From Takakia lepidozioides (lineage: Eukaryota; Plantae; Bryophyta): a stretch of 64,000 bases of DNA. Shown one piece after another: positions 26,850 to 40,289 of the stretch (position 1 is its first letter; every line of letters starts with the position of its first letter). Position numbers and translations under genes: made by a program. Under the pieces are notes generated by a model. It saw only the letters and a list, made by a program, of their open reading frames with translations, was not told the DNA's origin and did not search any database. Location of the stretch: positions 58,156,001-58,220,000 of the forward strand of contig CM060734.1 in the NCBI GenBank assembly GCA_030704615.1, read 5' to 3'.

Positions 26850-28500
26850 CCCTAACCCTTACCCTTTTCTGCAAATGGCCCATGAACTATTCATACCATA
26901 ACCATAGCTATAACCAGAACCATTATGGTTATTGAAATGTCTTCTCCCTTCACATTTGCGCTAGTTTTTTCCTTTGTTTTGGATTGACAAGCATTTAGGC
27001 ATGTTACAGTTTGCTTTCTATGTTACATCTTAATAGGTCCAGGTTCCAACGACGAGTCTTTCATTTAAATACTTGTCCATAATATTAGGTTCTTCATTTT
27101 TTTTTTGCTTACTAGTACCCTACTGACAACACTAAATTCTAGCGAAGTCTGGAGTTTTCCATAAGTGTTTGTCTATTTTGTAACTTAAACAAAAACCCTA
27201 AACCCTTACCCTAAACCATTACTAGAAAACCTAAACATTTACCCTTAACCCAATACCCCATAACCCTGTCCCTTCCTTTTGCAAATGTGAATCAACTATC
27301 CATACCATAACCATAACCATTTTGGTTATCCAAATCTCTTCAATGTATCCAAATTTCCATTTTGTACCTACTAACACACACTAAGTTGTAGCGAGTGCGA
27401 GTCTTCCGGCATGCATACTCACCATTTCTGCCTTCAACCCAAGCCCTAAACCCTCGTCGAAAACCCTACGCAAAACCCTACGCCATTGTTATGTCTAAAC
27501 CCTTACCCTTCCCCTGCAACTGGGAATGAAGTATCCATACCATAACCATAACTATTTATGGTTATTCAAATCTCTTCGCCCTTCACCTCGCGCAAGGTTT
27601 TGCCTTTGGTTTGGATTGACATGTACTTACCTTTTTTATCGAACTTTGCTTTCTATGTATCTTAATACCAGGTTCCAAGGACGAGTCTTTCATTTAAATA
27701 CTTGTCCGATGCAATGACTACACTTCCATAATATTAGGTTCTTCATTTTTATTGTGCTTAGTACTACAGACTTACTAACAACACTAAGTTGTAACGAGTG
27801 CGAGTCTTCCGACATGTATGCTCACCATTTCTGCCTTCAACCCAAACCCTAAACCCTCGACGGGAACCCTAAACAAAACCCTACGCCATTGTTATGTCTA
27901 AACCCTGACCCTTCCCCTGCAAATGGGAATGAAGTATCCATACCATAACCATATGTATCTTAATACCAGGTTCCAAGGACGAATCCTCAATCTAAATACT
28001 TCTCCGGCCCAATGACTCTTCCATAATATTTGTTTCTCCATTTTTTATTTTATTTTTTATCCTACTAACACACACCAAGTTCTAGCGACGGTGAGTCTTC
28101 CATATTTGTTTGTCCAATAGTGTTTTTAAACCCAAACCAAAAACCCTACCTTTACCATCACCCCTAAACTATCTTACCATAAACCAATAACTTTAGTGTA
28201 CTACCCTAGTTACACTCCCAACCTTATTGTACTACCATGTTACATCTTCTCAATGTTTCATGCTCTTTTAATATTTTCTTTTGTTGGATAAGGTATGATA
28301 GAATGATTACAGGGATATCAAATTCATCAACCATTTCTTAATTCTACCAAGTGTGAGTCCATCATATTTGTTTGTCCTTTTGTACCCTAAATCCAAACCC
28401 TAAACCCTTACCATTACTGTAAACCCAAACCTTATTACACTTCTCTCTAGTTACACCCCAAACCTTATTGTAGTACCTTAGTACCTCTTCCGAATGTTTC
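26850..28500. repeat. AT-rich degenerate tandem repeats (about 300-420 bp units) rich in telomere-like AAACCCT motifs
   Basis: Duplicated blocks (e.g. 27380-27545 vs 27781-27955) and repeated CCCTAAACCC and CCATACCATAACC motifs. Confidence 0.6.
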
Positions 28501-30092
28501 ATGCTATTCTAATATTTTACTGCCCTTGTCATATCCAAAACATGATTCATTCCAATGACGTGGTATGTGAACATTGTGCTTCATATGAAGATTCAATCAA
28601 TAAAATTACTAGCAAGTTGTATCGAGTATGGTAGAGTAGGAGTCTGGCCCATGTTCGATGCGGCCCATTTGTTTATCGTGATCCTGCAATGGAATATTAC
28701 TTTATTCGACTTCCAAGTGGACGTTCAATGAATTGTTCAATACTGCTACTTCACATTGAGCACTTCAATGTCAAATGGACCTCTTATATGACACATTTTG
28801 AAACAAGTATGACATCACTTGAAATTTCACAAAGTTCAATCACACATTACACCATGATATTATTAATATTTCAATTAATTTTAATACATATATATATTAA
28901 GTTTAGTCCGGATTTAAGCCAAAAGTCTTGAATTAATTAAAATAGTGTTTTGTGTATCATTTTATTGAGATAATACAGTTGTTTTGTTTCACTAACCTTA
29001 ACCAGCAGTCGATTAGTTTATTGTTAATCTACTGGGTCAGTGAAACAGTAGTTAAATGTTTTTACTACTTATTATCCTCATACTTAACACTGCGACCTAG
29101 CAACCCTAAATTCGAGCACATTCGTCCTAATTCATCCTAGTTCACTCATCCTAATTCATCCTAATCATTCAGTCATCCATTCATTCCTTCATTCACATGG
29201 TGTGGCTTAGTGTCTGCGAGCAATGATATATTGACACATTGTCATTTGCAATCACATCTTGCATCTGTTTCATCCATTTATGTTTGCATCGTCCACGTAG
29301 ACACTCCTTGGGCAACCGGCAATCGCCTCGTGCAGTCGTGAATATTGGCAGTCATACATTCCCATGCCCACGTCATCATGTTGCAATTTTGGCCATGACT
29401 CCTAGTCGTATCTACCATCTTCCCATATCTGGTCAAACGTATTTGACCGCGGATCCTGACGTGGCGGAGGTACAAGGTGGCATATACGACTTCTGGTGGT
29501 CACAATTGGCAACCAGGACTGCCCCCTTGCATTTTGTAGACATATATGTTACGACTGGGCAAATGTGGCAGACGTTAAAGTCGGGATTTGTTGTAATGTA
29601 AGCTTGCATAAGTTAGCCATCTTAGATTTCATGGATATATTTAATAATGCCAAATCCTGGTATCACAATGGGTAGAGAAGGTGTCCCAAGCGGGAATTAG
29701 TGGACAAGTGTGAAGATGTGTAGAAAAGAAGGGGGTTGCACACGTGCGGGCACTTCCATGAGTATACTATTCTTCTAGAAGACTGGTCTTTCGTCGGCCT
29801 TGAAGCCTGTATAAACAAGGGGGAGGGCTTTGCTTTGCATGGGCTCTCTCCCTTGCTACTTACTATTTTGGTGGGCTCTATCTCCACGCCTAATAAAAAA
29901 ATGCAAACTAGAACATGAACCATAGTTATAATAATGTTTGTCTCAATAAGTAACCATCTCCACTAGCTGATGGGTACCCCCTAAAGTTACAATACCTTCA
30001 TAACCACTAAAAGAAATGGTACGATGTCCTAACCATTGGGCTACATCTATAAGCTGTCCCCATGACCTATATGTATTATTTCACAATTTCTT

Positions 30093-30749
30093 TCACACAT
30101 AACTCAATATCTTGCAATGTTTTCGGATCTGTACATGAGATACTTCATGAAGCTTGGGGTTCATAATTGCCTCATTTTTATATGAGATAACAAACCAATC
30201 AATATGGCAGTTCTTTACACTTGTCCCGGTATCGTCCACCCGAACACATCCGTTGTGAAGTTTTCCATTGGGAAGCTTGAAATTCTTGATTTCCTTAACA
30301 AAAAGCACAGTGTTTTGTGGGAGGTCACCCGAGGCTACACTCACAAAGGGCACCAAAGAATTGTATGCACCTTGTCCGTAAGGGTAGTCCTTTCTATTGA
30401 TAACCGTGAAGGTGTTTGGCCGAGAAGCAGTGTTGACGAGCTCGCCATTGGTAAGCTGACACGTTCCTTCTTCAATGCATTTGCCGTAGGTGTTCTTGTC
30501 AACTTTTGCTATCAAACTACTAGAATCGGTTACGAGTGCTTTCGTCTTGGGTCCAGTCAGACTAATCACATGGCCTTTGTCATCTACGTCATTTTGTCCT
30601 TCTATGGGAATCCAATACTGGGTGAATTCTACGACCTGTCTTGCACCATTGTAGCAACCAAGACCTCGTGCATCGGCAGTCTTGATCGTTCCTAACACAA
30701 CTGTTAGCAGAATAGTAACAACAACAAACAACAAATTCATCTTCATCAT
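30093..30749 (-). CDS. Intronless secreted protein with a 3D (MltA-like/DPBB) domain, 218 aa
   Basis: Hydrophobic signal peptide; PFVSVASGDLP, GCVRVDDTG and HIDWFV match the 3-Asp signature of 3D domains (VAxD, xDTG, HIDxF); six Cys; the ORF is uninterrupted. Confidence 0.75.
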   Translation of the reverse strand: MMKMNLLFVVVTILLTVVLGTIKTADARGLGCYNGARQVVEFTQYWIPIEGQNDVDDKGHVISLTGPKTKALVTDSSSLIAKVDKNTYGKCIEEGTCQLTNGELVNTASRPNTFTVINRKDYPYGQGAYNSLVPFVSVASGDLPQNTVLFVKEIKNFKLPNGKLHNGCVRVDDTGTSVKNCHIDWFVISYKNEAIMNPKLHEVSHVQIRKHCKILSYV

Positions 30750-30834
30750 TCCTGATCACTATGTTCTATAACTCTCTTAACCAGTGTTGGACTGATATCA
30801 TAAGAGGTGCACGCGTTGCCGAAGCAAGCGTAAC

Positions 30835-30922
30835 TTATGGTGTCACTTGACCCAGAACTTCCGGTAGGAAGGTGGACACCTTTGTAACAACCAACAGGGT
30901 GGTTTGAACCCACAACCACTCG
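30835..30922 (-). mobile_element. 5'-truncated SINE-like copy upstream of the 3D-domain gene
   Basis: Reverse complement (GTGGTTGTGGGTTCAAACCACC...GGTCAAGTGACACCATAA) matches 10151-10241. Confidence 0.6.
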
Positions 30923-31244
30923 TAAGATGGTATATGCTGATATCATAAACATTTCAAACCAGCCAAGGCTTGGTATCGTCGATGAAGAGGCCTCATTTAT
31001 ACCTGGTGAGCCAAACGTGTGTGCAGTGCACGTTACCATCTATGCCAGAACACTAACACACAACATGTACACCAGCTTGGATGGTCTCCCATGCTCTTAT
31101 CTCTTTCTCTCTCACTTGGACGGTCCCGGCCCGAGACCGTCTTTATCTTAACTGTAACTTCATCTGAGCTGTAACTTCTGCAGTAGAGTACAAATGGCAT
31201 CGGTCAGTTAGGTCACACACTTCAATTCTCTATACTAGTTTACA

Positions 31245-31397
31245 ACAACCAAGTTGTAGCCCAGTGGTAATGGGCGCATCCCACCTCAAAAGTGGTTGTG
31301 GATTTAGGGTGGGTCCAATCCAATGATTGGTGTCACAAAGGTATCCACCTATCTACCACAAAGCAGACGTAGCACTTTGGGATGATGAGACGCCATA
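31245..31397 (+). mobile_element. SINE-like copy
   Basis: ACAACCAA..TGTAGCCCAGTGGTAATGGGC head nearly identical to 10104-10134; degenerate body. Confidence 0.55.
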
Positions 31398-32078
31398 ATA
31401 TTTACGCTTCTTTCGGGATTCGTCGTATATAATGTAATAATTCATAAACATCCAACAAACGGTCCAGTGGCTTAGATCAGCGTAGCTACAACGTGAGCCC
31501 AGCCGGGCGTGAGCATGTGAGCTAAGCTCGCGCTTTACCTACTAAGCATGAGCTCAGGTTTTAGGGTGTAGGAGAAGCAGGCCCTATAGCCGAGGATGGG
31601 ACGAGGAGGGCCTATTACGGTGGACAGGGTAGTTGCAACGAAGAGTAGACCAAAAAGTTGAAGATGTGGCCTACATAAAAGTACATAAGATAAAAATAAA
31701 TAAATAATCGTGAAAAATAATAAAAACATTGATTCACTTGCACCATATCATGTGGAATGTCTATTGTTGGGATATTGTCATTTCAAATGGGAAAAAGAAA
31801 GATGTTATGGAGGATATATGCCATCACGTGCCATCGGTGATGTAATCCAAACTTGACCATAATCACAAAAGTACATGTTTTTTAAAATTTGACCTTGACC
31901 CACCCTTCATCTATAATAAATGGTTGTATTTAATGAAGACAGTTCATGAAGCTCATCGGGATGAACGATGGATGAATTTTTAATTCACGATCGTCTCTCT
32001 CGTGCGCGTTGAAGACGCGCCACAAGCCCACGAGAGAGACGAGAGAGACGAGCGCAGAGGAGACGAGCTAGCGTCCAA

Positions 32079-32324
32079 ATGGGGACGCAACCACAATCCT
32101 TTGTCCAAATGCTATCGAGGGAGGAGGCTGATCAGGTAGCACCTCCAAACCAAAAACCAAAAAAGAGCACTAGAACTCCAAACTGGACTGTTGTAGAGAA
32201 CCTAGCTTTGATTTCTTTGAAGAAAAATGAGTTCCAAAAGAAGAACGCTTCTTCAAAGCATTCTGACCAATTCATTACCGCAAAGTTTGAAAAAAAAAAC
32301 CTTATTTGTTTTTGCGACACTTAA
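32079..32324 (+). pseudogene. Myb/SANT-like (trihelix) DNA-binding fragment, possibly a Harbinger-type ORF remnant
   Basis: KKSTRTPNWTVVENLALISLKK resembles the first helix of Myb/SANT-like domains; the ORF is truncated by a repeat-rich segment. Confidence 0.4.
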
Positions 32325-33691
32325 GGGTCGGTATGGTGACGGCGACCCCTGCAACCCCTGCGACTCCTTGCGACCCCCCAAGCGCCGCAACAGGTGTGGA
32401 AAAAATAAAATAGAATAATTAAAAAAAAAAATTCGACACTTAAGGGTTGGTATGGCGACGTTTTGCGACCCCTGCTACTCCTTTCGACCCCCTAGGCATC
32501 GCAAATGCTCAAAACGTCACAATTATTTTGCGACCCCAAGGGGGTCGCAAATGCTCAACATGTTATATAATGCATGTATCTAGAATTTATATGAGCCATT
32601 AGTTTATATGAGCCACTAATGTTGGGAGCAGTGTTTTTTTTTTTCATATTTCCAAAATCGCTAGCAGGCCACCTGTTAATTCCACCCAATGCCCATGTGG
32701 CAAGAATATCAAGGTGACAAAGTTAGAAAAGTTGCTATACTCCATGTGTCACGTTTTCATTGGTCCACGTCGTCAAGATTAGGCTCCTGAAATTGATCTC
32801 CTGGTGCTTTCTGGCGAAAATCTCGGATTTTACCCCCCATAATTCCTTTATACAAGTAGCTGACCGAGTTTCTAGGTCGAAATCTGGTGAATTTTTGACA
32901 GAAAGAAAAACACTAGTTGGGAGGTTCCTCGATTCAATTACAAACCCCCAAAGATTATCAAGAATATTATGTGGATATATAACCGCTGATCTCATAAAAA
33001 CAAAGAACGGGCAATGGCTCATGACCGCTGGCTACATAATTTTGAAATAACTAAGTCTGAAAACCAAGAAAGATCCGCCGGTTATTAGATGAAAACTGCT
33101 GGTTTTTTGAGATTCTTATTATTAACCGAAACCAAAGGTTCTTTCCATGAAAATATTTATGGAAAACCTGGAACTGGAGGTTCTTTGATTATAAGTTTTT
33201 GAAAAAACCGGAACATGCGGTTATGAATGAAATCCAATTATTGCCCAACATTGGTTACAACGTCGAGTTATAGTCGCAACACATTGTTTAAGTAACATAT
33301 ATATATTTAGGTTAGATTTAATATATTATAAATATATGTATTTAATTCATGAATTGTTAGTTAGTTTGGGTATAGTATATGAAATATATGATTTATTATT
33401 GATAACGTGATGTTAACTTGAGTGTGAAAAATGACAATGAAAACGGTGATGAAAATGGGATATAAAATCTTACAGATATTATTTTAGCGACGACCGGAGG
33501 TCGGAAGCTAGTTTAGCGTAGAGCAAGAATATGGTGCTATAGTGCCACGTCATCGAACATGCAAATCATGTACAAATGCAAATATGGGTCGTGTGAACAA
33601 ATAGAGACAAATTGTGATCATTGACAATAATAATTTTTTTCACACCCTAGTAATTCAGAAGAGTACATCAAATTTTTAAGTGTTTATGGTA

Positions 33692-33748
33692 GGGTTTATG
33701 GTTGATAGTGCTCAAGCAAATTTCAATTATGTGCATCGTGTCTTTGCC
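33692..33748 (+). pseudogene. Tiny remnant of a related MULE transposase catalytic region
   Basis: GFMVDSAQANFNYVHRVF vs GFMADSAQANFNAIRIVF at 61686-61739, with 24 identical nt (GATAGTGCTCAAGCAAATTTCAAT). Confidence 0.65.
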
Positions 33749-35689
33749 TACTCTCAGTTGTAACATAGAGGTTGATACTCTTCTGCAGGCATCAAGTTGT
33801 GGATAATGGATATATAGAGTATGGACAATTCACGGTTTAGGAAGTATGTTTGAATTGACAATACAGTGTTCTTTATTACCAGTCGGATTATAAGAAAGAT
33901 GCAAGTTCAATATCAATTTCAGTTTGTTTTCCAGATTTGATGATATTGTGTACTATTCCTTATTTTGGATATCACCTTAGTTTTAGTGTTGCAATAAATA
34001 TGTAATATGGTTTAGGATGAGATGTATGTTCTTTATGACATTCACATGTCCTTGACATAGAGGGGGTTTAACAATGTAGACATTTGGGTTTAGCTAAATT
34101 AAAGTTGAGATGCATAACCAAAGCTGTAAGTATAGCATGTCGTCCTATTGCATGCAAGACTTTGCGCTAACAATGAAGATATGACTAGTAGAGGAAATAT
34201 AAGACTATGTTTGTTCTATGACATCTATGTACAAATGTTTTATACTAGAGTTTAAAAAGTATATCACATAAGATATGACAGCATGTGCCCTATCATCATA
34301 GACGCTTACAAATGGCAGGCTAACCGTCATCCTATACTATTTCACTAGTTTACATTGTTCCACGGTAATAGGAGGCCCATATCCACGGCTATATACACCA
34401 TTTCTCATCGATCATATGGTGTGAGCCACAGAATCCCACCGCATGGCAAGCGTGAGCTGGTCTGCGATCGACACCCCTATGCAAAAAAAAGGGCCAAAAG
34501 TGGTGGTTCCCTGGGCAGCTGGTGCCAGAAAGCACCAGGGGACCCCACACATTTCGCCTGGGAACTGGGGAGCAATGCGCCCTAAATCTAAGGGCCGGTG
34601 CCCCATTGCGCCTAGATGAATTACGATTTCACCACCGGACCTGCTAATTACTCTAGATCGTTTTTGCTTCCAAAAGGGCTACAAACAGTTGGTAGCTATG
34701 TTGGATAGTGCACTTAGTGCCACCCAAAAGATTCTGGGGTCAAATCCTGCTACGTCTTGATGGCTCTAGTATGTTCTTCTCCCACTTCCCTTGGGCGGTG
34801 TCCCATGCAAAAGCCTTCACGGCAAGGTTACTCTGAAAGAGGTTTTTTTTCCTCTCACTATAATTAAGGGGCCTGATTTGTGAGTTGTTGCTCCCAGGTG
34901 TTTCCCTTTAAAAAAAAATAAAAAATAAAGGGATGTGTCGCCTGGAAGTATCCATGATGTTTTCAAGAAATCACCATATTGCACAATATACTGCATCCCT
35001 ATAGCCAGGTAGGATCCAAGTGGACATTGTACATGTCGCCACCTCTACACTTAACCTCAAGAAAATTTTGCCACATCCACGCCCAGGCAGAAATGAAAAA
35101 AAAAAAAGGTTGTTCACGACCTAGCGTCGTTATTGTACTAACGTTCGATCATTCCATGAGTATTAATGGAATCTTAACTAGTGTGTGTGGTCATCTAAAG
35201 CCATTATTGTGGCTTCTATTTTTCACACAGTGCCATGGACGGTGGACTCTCTATATGTGGAGTAATTAATGCAAGACTCAAGAGATACGACATGCATGTA
35301 TCAGGCTAGCTGGGTAGCCAAACCTACCAAAGTTGTTGCAGATGTCGAAATTAGACAGACCCTCCGATTTTAGTATGCACAATGTGTGCAGAACAATCAA
35401 AGAAATTAACGCAATCTTGGCCATACCAATATTCTTGACCTTTCTATCTACTACCGTACTATTATTTGCATCTTCTAAAACTAACATGATACTGAAATAT
35501 TCTGATATTTATTATCTATCATGAATTGTTGTTCTAGAGTATACTAGAAAACTAGCCTTGAGAATGGAATTCAAGGTATAAATACCATAAGCATTGTGAG
35601 ACCTTGTGAAGACTCAAAAGTGTTTTGCTCTCAGCAAACCACTTGTGCTTATGGGATGACTCCCAGGCAATTAATCTTGGATTTCCTGA

Positions 35690-35995
35690 TCAAGCGTTGG
35701 CTCTGCGTCTTCCACTGCTCCCACTTACAACATGCCTCCCATTGGCACCAATGACTCCTACCGGCTCTGCATGCAAGCTCTCACCATCCTGGCTGGCTAC
35801 CCATGCATCACGTTCAGTGTTCGAGATTGGAATATCTTCCTCATTGAAAAGAACATCGCGGCTCTCCTCAATACGGCGCTTATCATTCAAACAGACCCTG
35901 TAGGCCTTACTTGTGAGGCTATACCCCATGAATACTCCTTTCTGGCTCTTTGCATCCAGTTTCATCCTCGTGTCGGGGAATGCTAGAACGTGAGT
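35690..35995 (-). mobile_element. Ty1/Copia pol fragment (post-integrase SH3-like region)
   Basis: KLDAKSQKGVFMGYSLTSKAYRV...IEESRDVLFNE is the canonical Copia KLD..K/GY/SRDV.F.E motif. Confidence 0.8.
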
Positions 35996-36694
35996 TTGTG
36001 AACTTGTGAGCCTAAGCAGGCTCACATTTCGGCACGTGATTTCTCGGGCCCATCACCGCAGACTGACAGCTATTACTACGGACAGACGCCCATTTCCGCA
36101 AACATGTGCATATTATGATAGGGAGACCCTTACTTTTTCAGTAACAGCGCACAGAAATATGAACAAAATACAACATTCCAAAAAGGTACACTTGCTATCA
36201 CTATAGCGTTTAGGGGGGGTTTGCGACGTCGGAGGCCCCCCGCAGCCAAAATTTTGCAATGAAACTGAGGGGGGGCAATCTGGGACGGCCAACCGTCGCA
36301 GATGGTCATCATGCGACGCTTGTCCGTTGCAAGATGATACACCTTGTTTAGATGAATATGTCCGAATGCAAATATTAATCTGCTTGATTGATGTGAATGT
36401 TGGCTTTGAATGAAAATGCGAGATGACCATTGAAGTCCATCCTCTCCCAAATTTCATCCACAAATGACCGAATGGTAAATTTCATCCATCTCATACGAAA
36501 TCCCTAAATTGGCTCTGCGATCTTATCAAAGGATGCACGTGTTTCTTCATTGCGCATTTGAGGTACACCTGAGAGCACTCCATATTCCATTGTGAAGACA
36601 GGACGACTACTGGCATGACGTGCACAGGTTGAGAAGGGTGGCAGGTTGACAACTCGCATCAATGAGAATCAAACTTAGGTTTTTTTTTTTTTTC

Positions 36695-37313
36695 CCCTGA
36701 ATTCCCATGTGCCAATAGGGGCTGGGAATCAACCTTTGCGTCAAAGCCCTAGCGAACTGCCCTGTTCGTGCAGGGTAACAGGCTGGGAATCTAGTTCAAA
36801 TTTTTATTTTTATTTTATTTTTTTGAATTCCCATGTGCCAACAAGGGTCAACCTTGCGTTGACGCAAGGTTGATTCCCCTCCCCTGTTGGCACATGGGAA
36901 TTCAAAAAACAAGGAGAAAAAAATAAAATAAAATAAAATACACTGAGCCCTAGCAAACTGCCCTATTCGTGTAGGGAAACATGCTAGGAATCAAGTTTGT
37001 TTTTTTTTTTTTGTTTTTTTGTTTTTTTGGTTTTTGGAATTCCCATGTGCCAACAGTGGTCAACCTTACGTTGACGCAAGGTTGATTCCCAGCCCCTGTC
37101 CCCTCATGCCGAGAGTCTTATCTGGCCACTGCAGAAGTTAAAATTTATGAGCACTTGGCCTGGGGTATTGGCGACAATAAATAAAACTTGTGGAGCAACG
37201 AACATTTGAATCGGCGGGACTCAAGTTTGGGGAGGATTTACCGATGCAAGCCATGCAGGATTAAGATAAAGAAAAAAAATGTGAGTGACCAGCAAGAGGT
37301 ACCCACCTACTCT

Positions 37314-37359
<46 letters not shown>

Positions 37360-37452
37360 ACATGGGAATTTAATATTTAATATTTTTTATAAAAAAAAAA
37401 CGAGCCCTAACAAACTTCCCTATTTGTGCAAGGAAACATGCTGGGAATCAAG
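36695..37452. repeat. Fold-back / MITE-like nested repeat
   Basis: Long hairpin at 36819-36909 (GAATTCCCATGTGCCAACA...TGTTGGCACATGGGAATTC) around the core AACCTTGCGTTGACGCAAGGTT; three direct copies of AGCCCTA-CRAACT-CCCT; T- and A-rich arms. Confidence 0.6.
37318..37357. repeat. (GA)20 microsatellite
   Basis: Read directly from the sequence. Confidence 0.95.
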
Positions 37453-39086
37453 CGTGCGGTTAAGCTTGTGATTATTGTGAGATGGTTAGACTTTTGCAGC
37501 AGGACAGCTCACCCAGTCTATAAATCCGTTCATGTACCGTTTCAAGGCAGTGGGATAGTATACTTCATGTCCCACAATCCTTACATCTTTGTTTCTTGTC
37601 TACAGATGTGAGTTATAATTTTGGGTTTTGAGGAAACATTTATTCCAAGTCCATCATATGTCTTCTGAGAATTATGCTTGCTTTGTAGATTACAATGTTT
37701 TGGCCACTTGCAAGTTTTGCATTTATGTGGTCTGAGTTATGCTTGCTTTAAAGCAAACAAAGTTCTAACACTCCCAAGTTTTGCATTGGCTTGCTCTGAA
37801 TTATGCTTGGTTTAAAGCAAGCATAATTCTGACCACTTCCAAGTTTTGCTCTGAATTAAAGCAAGCATAATTCTGACCACTTCTAAGTTTTGCATTGGTT
37901 GGCTTGCACTTTGAAGTTCTGCGTTTATCTGTTTTGGGCACTTCCAAGTCCACCATATCTCGTGTCAAGTGTAGCATTTCTCCGCCCTTCCACAAGCAGT
38001 TCACTTCACTTTGCATCCACGGTAATAGGGTCCAGGTCCTCCCACGGTTATAGGTTTTACTTCTCATTTCAGCTCACGATTTAAATTCTGCTCACATGAG
38101 CGGCTCACGATGTAGCTGCTCTATCTATTCTATGTGGCTACGAAGCAATGTCTTCCCTTATTAGCCTCTATGACACCTTTATAAAGGTTATTTCTTCCTC
38201 TTTGTACTCTTGGGATGACTTAGTCAACCTGTTTATAAATTTAAGGATGTCCACATTGAGCCTGGCCCCAACCACATGGAACACCTAGAGTCTGCCACAC
38301 TCATGGTTTTCAGCCCCATTTGGGCAGCTAACTTGCCCTCCATCCTACGTGTCAACTAGGGTCAGGTTAGGAAGAAATTCCACGCACCCCCCACTTGCGC
38401 AGGGTGGCACGTCTCCCAACACCCTTTATTGCGCCCCCTCCACCCTAAAGTGCCCCCCATTGGCAGGCAAAGGCAAAGGCACCCCCCCCAAAACCCACAT
38501 ACCTTAGGGCTACCGGCCAAAAAGTATAGGCAAACATAGGTGCACATAGAGAAGTCATGGGCAGGGGAAAAAATCATATGAAGGGAAGCTCTGATTGGCG
38601 CGAAAGTTTTTTTGTGCTTACACAAACCTGCCCACTACAGTACAACCGGAGAGATTGAAAATTCAACGGTTCAGATCTTTTCACCCAATTTTCTAATATG
38701 GTTTTGTGCTTGCCCCTTTGAAATTGGGAAATTTGACCCCCCAAATTGGCCATACAAAGCAGCCCACATGAGAACATGTCAGAAAAATCTGAAATTTTCA
38801 GGGAATGGTCTTACCTGGCAGGGTACAAGATTCTGGTTTGTGTCATGTCAAAAAAATTCACAGCTGGGAAATTCGATAAGAAAAGCCGTGTTTTTTTACC
38901 CCACACTTGAGTATACCACCATGGAAGCTCGTATTTCTAAGGCCAGTTCTCAGCTTGGCCGCCAAAGCCACTATAACTTGCTCTTGTTCAGCCTCATATG
39001 CTCATGACTGATCCTCTTTCCACTCGTGCTCACCACACAATCTGAAACCATCAAGGTGCTCTGGAATTACCTGCAGCACGGTGCTT

Positions 39087-39900
39087 TCATCTCTGAAGCT
39101 GAAGATCGAACTCTGCCAGCAAAAACACATTTGCTAAGGTGGGTTGGGCCGCTTGTAGGAGAGTTGCATCCTGCACCCTTCTCCTCAGCTCCTTGTCCAA
39201 TATCCCATACCAGAATTGGACTGCCTGAGCTTCCGTAACCCCTTGGGTTACATTTATCAAGCGCCTCATGCGAGTGAAAGCCTCCCTCAAGCTCTCGGTC
39301 GGCTTCCATTGGAACTCTTGCAAGCTCCGCAACTTCTCTGTCCTTACCCCTTGGTAGTTCCCTCTCAACTCTTCGAAGAACTCCACAACAGGGTTGAAGG
39401 CAGGCACGGGTACTAGTGCTGGTGCGGTAGTGGCTTGGGTGGACGTCGTAACTACTGTACCACCAGTCCCACTAGTCCCTCTACTACTTGTTGAAGCTGT
39501 CGGTGCAGCGGCAGGTGTAGCCACTGCCCTCGTGGCTCTAGTGCCCCTAGTGATGGAGACATAGTCGGGTGACCAGTACATCCTCCACTCCTCGATCTCA
39601 ACCTCATGCCCCCGCCTGAACTCATGGTAATCATCCATAGGCGGCCCCTCAAGGTGCTGAAACAGCCCCTTCCATGCCATGAAAGGCGTAAATAGTTGTG
39701 GATTGCGCATTTGCTGCAAATCACACCAACTATGAAACTCTTAGATAAAATCATCCAACTCGATGGTGCCCACCGCCCCAGAGTACCTTCGTGGCCCCTT
39801 GGTAGCTCCATACATCTCCTCCATTGTGTCCCACAACAATGACAAAGAAACAACTTGCACCGCCAGTATGAGTCCTCTATTCACAATCCGAATCAGAACC
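39087..39900 (-). pseudogene. Retrotransposon gag-like remnant (family distinct from elements 1 and 2)
   Basis: PRRYSGAVGTIELDDFI*...LRSLQEFQWKPTESLREAFTRMRRL...QFWYGILDKELRRRV resembles the retrotransposon Gag capsid motif (Q.K.ESL.E...R); internal stop at about 39741. Confidence 0.6.
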
Positions 39901-40289
39901 TTCCGTAGAAGACACAGGAGGTGAAGGTGGCCTAAACCGCACACCTCGTCTCGTGTACCCACTAGTATCGCTAGTGCTCAAACCGGCACTGTCCCCAGCA
40001 ACTAGTGGCACCTCCGTGTTGACACTCAACCAGTCATGAACATGTCCCTAACCCCCTCTCCACAAGGTAACCGGGTAGAGAACCTGTTGCGGCTTATGGT
40101 TTGGAATACTAAGTTCCTAACATAGCCTACACCTGTACTTGCATGACCATGGGAATATCATGAAGATACTCCTCAAACCGCCCTCCACGAGCTTCAAAAT
40201 TCGGCCTTCAAGATCACATGCCAGTCCTTAGGCAGTCCACCAGTGCCTCCACGAGTCAGCACAGGCCGTCCACAGGTCAACACGGGCCA

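Noticed and set aside
26850-28500. True interstitial telomere or chromosome-fusion scar
   Set aside because: There is no run of perfect TTTAGGG units; only 1-3 degenerate motifs occur at a time.
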